DNA from: Eledone cirrhosa
Lineage: Eukaryota
Assembly (NCBI GenBank): GCA_964016885.1
Contig: OZ024742.1
Span: 190,650,001-190,714,000, forward strand
Length of the DNA stretch: 64,000 nucleotides
Direction of reading: 5' to 3'
The notes below the pieces were generated by a model. The model had not been told where the DNA came from. It did not search any database and worked only from the letters and a program-made list of their open reading frames with translations. Of the stretch, positions 56,923 through 64,000 are shown piece after piece. The translations under genes were made by a program, and so were the position numbers. Position 1 is the stretch's first letter. Every line of letters starts with the position of its first letter.

Positions 56923-57400
56923 TAGAATTGGAGCTCTGAAATAGCAATATATATATGGATGTATATATAATGTATTTTGCAATACACTTTATGCTTAATT
57001 AAAAGCATTTTGAAGACCGTATGCTATTTTTTTAGAGTAGTGACAAATTCACTTACTTTAATCTCAGCAAACAGGGGAGATAAGCCGACAAGGGCCTTGT
57101 TTCGCTTTTGTTGAAGCTTATCAAGGCTAACTACCCCTCCTGTCTACTGAGATTACTGATGTTATATTCTTATAGAATTCTAGTAAATAATCAGGAGCTG
57201 ATTATACAGAGCGATTGTTGGTCAGGCAGAAATTAAAAATTAGAATTCGAGTTCTGAAATAGCAATATATATATGGATGTATATATAATGTATTTTGCAA
57301 TACACTTTATGCTTAATTAAAAGCATTTTGAAGACCGTATGCTATTGTTTTAGAGTAGTGACAAATTCACTCACTTTAATCTCACCAAACAGGGGAGATA
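56920..57400 (-). repeat. ~318-bp tandem unit (1.5 copies) with core-mutated hammerhead at 57083-57128
   Basis: 56920-57080 is repeated at 57238-57400. The minus strand reads AGCC-TTGATAA-GCTT..AAGC-GAAA-CAAGG-c-CCTTG-TC-GGCT. Confidence 0.7.
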
Positions 57401-57581
57401 TATATATATTGCTGCTAGTTATAGCAGTAGCCATCTGACCTCTCTGCCTCTGCCTTCATCTTTACACTCGGCCCTTGAAAAAATTGATTCCACTTCATTT
57501 ACTCTCATCTCGGGAACAATTTTGAATAGCGCCAGTTCGTAATTTGAATTCGAGAATTTTATATTCTCCGAATGAAAAGAT

Positions 57582-57663
57582 CCTTCTGACGAGATTCTTT
57601 CTTTGCAACGAAGGCCGTATGGACTCCGTTTATTTTTGAGAATCGAAACCGACTCGGTAAAGG
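57582..57663 (+). ncRNA. Type I hammerhead ribozyme in a diverged relative (57410-57735) of the 47.3-48.0 kb unit
   Basis: CCTT-CTGACGA-GATTCTT..GAGAATC-GAAA-CCGA-c-TCGG-TA-AAGG. Confidence 0.85.
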
Positions 57664-57731
57664 TAACCATAGTAAGTACAGTTAATTTTTTAAAATTTAT
57701 TTTGAAACTTTATATTATTTGCTAAACCTTG

Positions 57732-57784
<53 letters not shown>

Positions 57785-58189
57785 ATATATAAACATATAC
57801 ACATATATACACACACACACATATATATATATATGTATATATAAATAAATATAGCTATATATTTATATATATACACACACAGAGTAATATATATATATAT
57901 AGTTGCATGTGTGTGTTAGTCTGCGTGTATGTGTTTGTGTGTATGTGTGAGTCTGTGTATGAGCGTGTGTTCGAGTATGTGTTTGTGTGCGTGTAAGTAT
58001 ACGAAAAATAAAACATATGTATTCATGTTTCGACCATAAACGATGATGTAGCTATATATCACCCTGTTTCCATTATCTTCTAAATTAAGCCTGACGTAAA
58101 CTAGGGCCGTAAAACCTATAATCACTCCTTACGACAATTATAATTTTTGGAGAAAACTGATGGAACGATTTGGTGAGAACAGTTGTGTT

Positions 58190-58911
58190 GCTGGTAATTT
58201 AGTTATTGTTGTTATCGTTGTCGTGTTGCTGGTAATGTTGTTGTTGTGTTGTGTTGTTGTTGTTGGTGGTGGTGGTGTAGTTGTTGTTGTGTTTGTGGTG
58301 GTTGTGGTGGTGTAGCTGTTGCTGTGTTTGTGGTGGTTGTGGTGGTGTAGCTGTTGTTGTGTTTGTGGTGGTGGTGGTGTAGCTGTTGTTGTGTTTGTGG
58401 TGGTGGTGGTGGTGTAGCTGTTGTTGTGTTTGTAGTGGTGGTGGGGGTGGAGGTGGTGGTGTAGCTGTTGTTGTGTTTGTGGTGGCGTTGGTGGTGGTGG
58501 TGCTGTAGCTGTTGTTGTGTTTGTGATGGTGGTGGTGGTGTAGCTGTTGTTGTGTTTGTGGTGGTGGTGGTGGTGTAGCTGTTGTTGTGTTTGTGGTGGT
58601 GGTGGTGGTGGTGGTGGTGGTGGTGTAGCTGTTGTTGTGTTTGTGGTGGTGGTGGTGGTGGTGTAGCTGTTGTTGTGTTTGTGATGGTGGTGGTGGTGTA
58701 GCTGTTGTTGTGTTTGTGGTTGTGGTGGTGGTGTAGCTGTTGTTGTGTTTGTGATGGTGGTGGTGGTGGTGTAGCTGTTGCTGTGTTGATGGTTGTGGTG
58801 GTGTAGTGTAGCTGTTTTTGTTGTTGTTGTGTTGGTGGTGGTGGTGGTGGTGTAGCTGTTGCTTTTGTTGTTGTGTTAGTGGTGGTGTAGCTGTAGTTGT
58901 GTTGGTGGTGG

Positions 58912-58942
<31 letters not shown>

Positions 58943-59250
58943 GTAGCTGTTGTGCTGGTGTTGGTGTTGTTGTGGTGTTGGTGGTGGTGTAGCTGTTGTT
59001 GTGTTGGTGGTGGTGGTTGTTGTGGTGGTGGTGGTGTAGCTGTTGTTGTTGTTGTTGTGTTGATGGTGGTGGTGGTGGTGGTGGTGGTGTGGTGTAGCTG
59101 ATGTTGTGTTGGTGGTGTAGTTGTTGTTGTTGTGTTGGTGGTGGTGTGGTTGGTGTAGTTGGTGTGTTGTGTTGGTGGTGTAGCTATTGTTGTTGTTGTG
59201 TTGGAGGTGGTGGCGGGTGTAGCTGTTGTTGTTGTTGTTGTTGTTGATGA
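58190..59250. repeat. G/T-rich minisatellite, unit approximately (GGT)n-GTAGCTGTTGTTGTGTTTGT
   Basis: GTGTAGCTGTTG recurs about every 27-45 bp with variable GGT counts. Confidence 0.9.
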
Positions 59251-59756
59251 TAAGCTATGCCTTTTCATTGGACAACATCTTTGGCGAGGAGAGTTGAGAG
59301 CACGCATGGGTGACTCCTGGTTTTCTACATAAACACCTTACCTCGGCTTGTACCTCAGAGGCAAACTTTCTACGTGTAAATCCCATGATAAGTGTGTGTA
59401 TTGACCCACACAAACGCATGCAGATAGCGTGATTAAAAGCACACGCACATTCATTCATAAAATTACACACACAAACACACATACCCGCACAGTTATATTT
59501 ATATAGATAGTTTCTCTTTGTGATTCTTTTATAGTGATCCTATTCATTATAATGGAGAGGTTGATTAGGGTACTATTTGTCGTTGTGAGTGAGTGATGTG
59601 TTGATCCTATTGCATGATGCATGCTGTGAAAGCAATAAAACATTACGGTTAAGTATGTTTATATTCGAACAAGTTGCCCATCTATTTTATGTTAAAATGC
59701 GTTGCAGTAGCTTACAATAAGCTAATATGTTTTCAAAATTCAAATTCGTTCATCGC

Positions 59757-59945
59757 TTCGTCAAAGGTGACTGTTTAATAAACAAACGCAATATTCAAGA
59801 ATATAAGTTTTTGTAGTAATAAATGTCCGTTTTCCGAAGCTTCCTCTTCCCCCACACGAAGAACCTTCTTAAAACGAACATTTATTACTACAAAAACTTA
59901 TATTCTAGAAGATTGTGTTTGTTTTTTAAACAGCCACCTTTGAAG
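59757..59945. repeat. ~190-bp fold-back
   Basis: TCAAAGGTGACTGTTTAA..TAAATG pairs with CATTTA..TTAAACAGCCACCTTTGA. Confidence 0.8.
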
Positions 59946-60215
59946 TGGCAGACAATTTAAAATATTCTCTCTTATTGATATCTTCACACCTCAAAATCTG
60001 TCTTCTATAAATCGGTTGACGCCGTTATATTACTGCAATATTACGATAGTTAATATTACTTGGCAGACTAGATTATTGAAATCTGATTATATGAAAGTCC
60101 AGTTTACCGGATAGATATTGTAATATGACAGTATTATGAGACAGGCATATAGCGGGTGAGTTTTGTTTCTGTATATATATAACAGTGTATATTATTAAAT
60201 ATACACTATTATATG

Positions 60216-60273
<58 letters not shown>

Positions 60274-60512
60274 TATATTACATTCATATATATATATACA
60301 TATATATATAAATATACGTTCATATATATATATATACATATATACATTCATATATATATATACATATATATATATGAATGTACATATTGTATATTTAATA
60401 ATATACACTACTATATATATATATATATTATATATATATATATAATATAGTATATATATCTATATCATATATATATATAATAGTGTATAGTATTAAATAT
60501 ACAATGCGTACA

Positions 60513-60615
<103 letters not shown>

Positions 60616-61315
60616 ACCACTTTATTCATATGTAACCCATTTGCAACCACGCAGCACGTTTATTCTCATATTTAAACATGTTTTTTTCCCCCGCAGTGAC
60701 CCGTCTATTTCGTTCTTACTGCTTCTTCTTTCTCTGTATCTTTACCCTCTCTAACAGTCACTCTCTCTGTTAGCCTCTTCCTCACCCTTCACTCACTCAC
60801 TCTCTGTTACTACCTCTCCTCCTCCTCCTTCTTCCCGTTTGACCTGTGCGTAATTCTTTTCTTTCGCACGCTTGGCCAGGCAGGTTCGTTTTTTTTTCTC
60901 TCTCTCGTCTACGATTTCACAGAACCTATGTTCACCGAATTCACGGACTAGACTACTTCTCCTTCTTCCTCCCGTTAGACCTGTGCGGAATTCCTTCCTT
61001 GCTCACATTTCAACCAGGTTTGATGGTCTTTATTCTCTCTCGTTCACGATTTCACAGAACTTATATTCATGGAAATTTGGGACTTGACTCGTTCTTCCTC
61101 ACTTTTCGTTGCTTCACCATCTTTGTTTGTTTAGACTCTCGCTGTTCCCTTTATTTACGTGTCCCAACGACATTCTTTAGCCGTTGCTCCAACCAACCCG
61201 TAGGTATATGGTCTTTAAAGCGAAGAAATACCGATGATGGTTGGAAGATCACTGATGAAGGACCACTTTATTCATATATATCTCTCTATATATACATATA
61301 TTTATATATATACAC

Positions 61316-61376
<61 letters not shown>

Positions 61377-61512
61377 ACAAAACTAAATACATATAAGTAA
61401 AGGAAGCTTTATCGATCTTTCTTAATACGTATAAATATATTTGTTTTTGTGTTTGCATGCGTGTTTATGTGTGTGGTGCTTGTGTGCGTGTTTGAGTATC
61501 TCTTTATATATG

Positions 61513-61543
<31 letters not shown>

Positions 61544-61689
61544 ATATATATATATAAGTTGAAAAAAATGAAAACGAAATTTCATTTCTCACTCTTAGTA
61601 TGGCACTTACTTAAATGTAAGTATGTATGTATACGTACATACATATATGTATACAGACGTACAGTAGCATGCATATATATATATATATT

Positions 61690-61721
<32 letters not shown>

Positions 61722-61997
61722 TACATATATACATACAGGTACACATACACATATGCACGCATCAGTTTAGCGGACGATTGCCGCTTTGTTCGTTTGTCAA
61801 CAAACTGAACAGCCTGAATTTATGCCATACGGTGTTATGCCATGTCAGTGTTGAAGAAAAAGGTGACGTGGTTGCCTTAACCAGGTATGGCATAAATTCA
61901 GGCTGTTCAGTTTGTTGACAAACGAACAAAGCGGCAATCGTCCGCTAAACTGATGCGTGCATATGTGTATGTGTACCTGTATGTATATATGTATATA

Positions 61998-62049
<52 letters not shown>

Positions 62050-62283
62050 TGCTACTGTACGTCTGTATACATATATGTATGTACGTATACATACATACTT
62101 ACATTTAAGTAAGTGCCATACTAAGAGTGAGAAATGAAATTTCGTTTTCATTTTTTTCAACTTATCGTTTTCGGTATGCCTGACCGATTTAACTCACTCA
62201 ATATGCAAATTAGGCTGCTCAGCCGTTAATTTTCATAAGGAAAGTATATACTTTCGAACGTTCAACTATCTGGCAGATGGGTA

Positions 62284-62328
62284 AACGGTGCTGATGATAG
62301 CTAACAAGCTTGAAACTAGTACATCGTT
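62284..62328 (+). ncRNA. Type I hammerhead ribozyme, unit 1
   Basis: AACGGTG-CTGATGA-tAGCT-aaca-AGCTt-GAAA-CTAG-TA-CATCGTT. 7-bp stem I, predicted cut after 62321. Confidence 0.9.
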
Positions 62329-62483
62329 CCTGTGTCAGTGTTGAACAAAAAGGTGACGTGGTTGCCTTAACACCGTATGGCATAAATTCAGGCTGTTCAG
62401 TTTGTTGACAAACGAACAAAGCGGCAATCGTCCGCTAAACTGATGCGTGCATATGTGTATGTGTACCTGTATGTATATATGTA

Positions 62484-62561
<78 letters not shown>

Positions 62562-62795
62562 TGCTACTGTACGTCTGTATACATATATGTATGTACGTAT
62601 ACATACATACTTACATTTAAGTAAGTGCCATACTAAGGGTGAGAAATGAAATTTCGTTTTCATTTTTTTCAACTTATCGTTTTCGGTATGCCTGACCGAT
62701 TTAACTCACTCAATATGCAAATTAGGCTGCTCAGCCGTTAATTTTCATAAGGAAAGTATATACTTTCGAACGTTCAACTATCTGGCAGATGGGTA

Positions 62796-62840
62796 AACGG
62801 TGCTGATGATAGCTAACATGCTTGAAACTAGTACATCGTT
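62796..62840 (+). ncRNA. Type I hammerhead ribozyme, unit 2
   Basis: Same motif with one stem II substitution (AACATGCTT). Predicted cut after 62833. Confidence 0.88.
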
Positions 62841-62995
62841 GCTGTGTCAGTGTTGAACAAAAAGGTGACGTGGTTTCCTTAACACCGTATGGCATAAATT
62901 CAGGCTGTTCAGTTTGTTGACAAACGAACAAAGCGGCAATCGTCCGCTAACCTGATGCGTGCATATGTGTATGTGTACCTGTATGTATATATGTA

Positions 62996-63065
<70 letters not shown>

Positions 63066-63299
63066 TGCTACTGTACGTCTGTATACATATATGTATGTAC
63101 GTATACATACATACTTACATTTAAGTAAGTGCCATACTAAGAGTGAGAAATGAAATTTCGTTTTCATTTTTTTCAACTTATCGTTTTCGGTATGCCTGAC
63201 CGATTTAACTCACTCAATATGCAAATTTGGCTGCTCAGCCGTTAATTTTCATAAGGAAAGTATATACTTTCGAACGTTCAACTATCTGGCAGATGAGTA

Positions 63300-63344
63300 A
63301 ACGGTGCTGATGATAGCTAACAAGCTTGAAACTAGTACATCGTT
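63300..63344 (+). ncRNA. Type I hammerhead ribozyme, unit 3
   Basis: Identical to unit 1. Predicted cut after 63337. Confidence 0.9.
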
Positions 63345-63498
63345 CCTGTGTCAGTGTTGAACAAAAAGGTGACGTGGTTGCCTTAACACCGTATGGCATA
63401 AATTCAGGCTGTTCAGTGTGTTGACAAACGAACAAAGCGTCAATTGTCCGCTAAACTGATGCGTGCATATGTGTATTGTACCTGTATGTATATATGTA

Positions 63499-63562
<64 letters not shown>

Positions 63563-63794
63563 CTACTGTACGTCTGTATACATATATGTATGTACGTATA
63601 CATACATACTTACATTTAAGTAAGTGCCATACTAAGAGTGAGAAATGAAATTTCGTTTTCATTTTTTTCAACTTATCGTTTTCGGTATGCCTGACCGATT
63701 TAACTCACTCAATATGCAAATTAGGCTGCTCAGCCGTTAATTTTCATAAGGAAAGTATATACTTTCGAACGTTCAACTATCTGGCAGATGGGTA

Positions 63795-63839
63795 AACGGT
63801 GCTGATGATAGCTAACAAGCTTGAAACTAGTACATCGTT
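63795..63839 (+). ncRNA. Type I hammerhead ribozyme, unit 4
   Basis: Identical to unit 1. Predicted cut after 63832. Confidence 0.9.
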
Positions 63840-64000
63840 CCTGTGTCAGTGTTGAACAAAAAGGTGACGTGGTTGCCTTAACACCGTATGGCATAAATTC
63901 AGGCTGTTCAGTTTGTTGACAAACGAACAAAGCGGCAATCATCCGCTAACCTGATGCGTGCATATGTGTATGTGTACCTGTATGTATATATGTATATATG

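Larger units (their letters stand above)
61556..64000 (+). mobile_element. Tandem array of ~500-bp hammerhead-containing units (candidate retrozyme) with an inverted 5' segment (61556-61837); runs off the window
   Basis: Units are nearly identical apart from (TA)n length, with HHR spacing 512, 504 and 495 bp. 61556-61837 is the reverse complement of ~61880-62164. Confidence 0.9.

Noticed and set aside
58876-59307. Mucin-like T/P/H-rich ORF
   Set aside because: Derived from the GGT/GTT minisatellite, with no domain or splice support.
62219-62419. Repeated 66-aa ORF in the array units
   Set aside because: Antisense to the ribozyme strand, no recognisable domain, and it recurs only because the unit repeats.

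Overview
This is AT-rich, microsatellite-saturated eukaryotic DNA. The tRNA-derived and CORE-type SINEs resemble those of octopod cephalopods, so Octopus is inferred but not proven. No host protein-coding gene is confidently identifiable, and almost all ORFs in the track are microsatellite read-throughs or antisense shadows. Recognisable content: one apparently intact full-length L1/Tx1-group LINE (8643-14370, minus); many 5'-truncated Penelope-like elements (PLEs) of at least three lineages, mostly as fold-back insertions, including a ~4.2-kb palindrome-of-a-palindrome; SINEs; Helitron, RTE and mariner remnants; and a 71/142-bp satellite. The main hidden signal, read by eye, is a dense set of type I hammerhead ribozyme (HHR) motifs: about 11 with intact cores, plus weaker and decayed ones. 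They occur in PLE 3' regions and in non-coding tandem units. The clearest case is a ~500-bp tandem array at 61.6-64 kb with one intact HHR per unit, a variable internal (TA)n and a PLE-style 5' inversion, which makes it a candidate retrozyme. Coordinates were counted by hand and may be off by a few bases.
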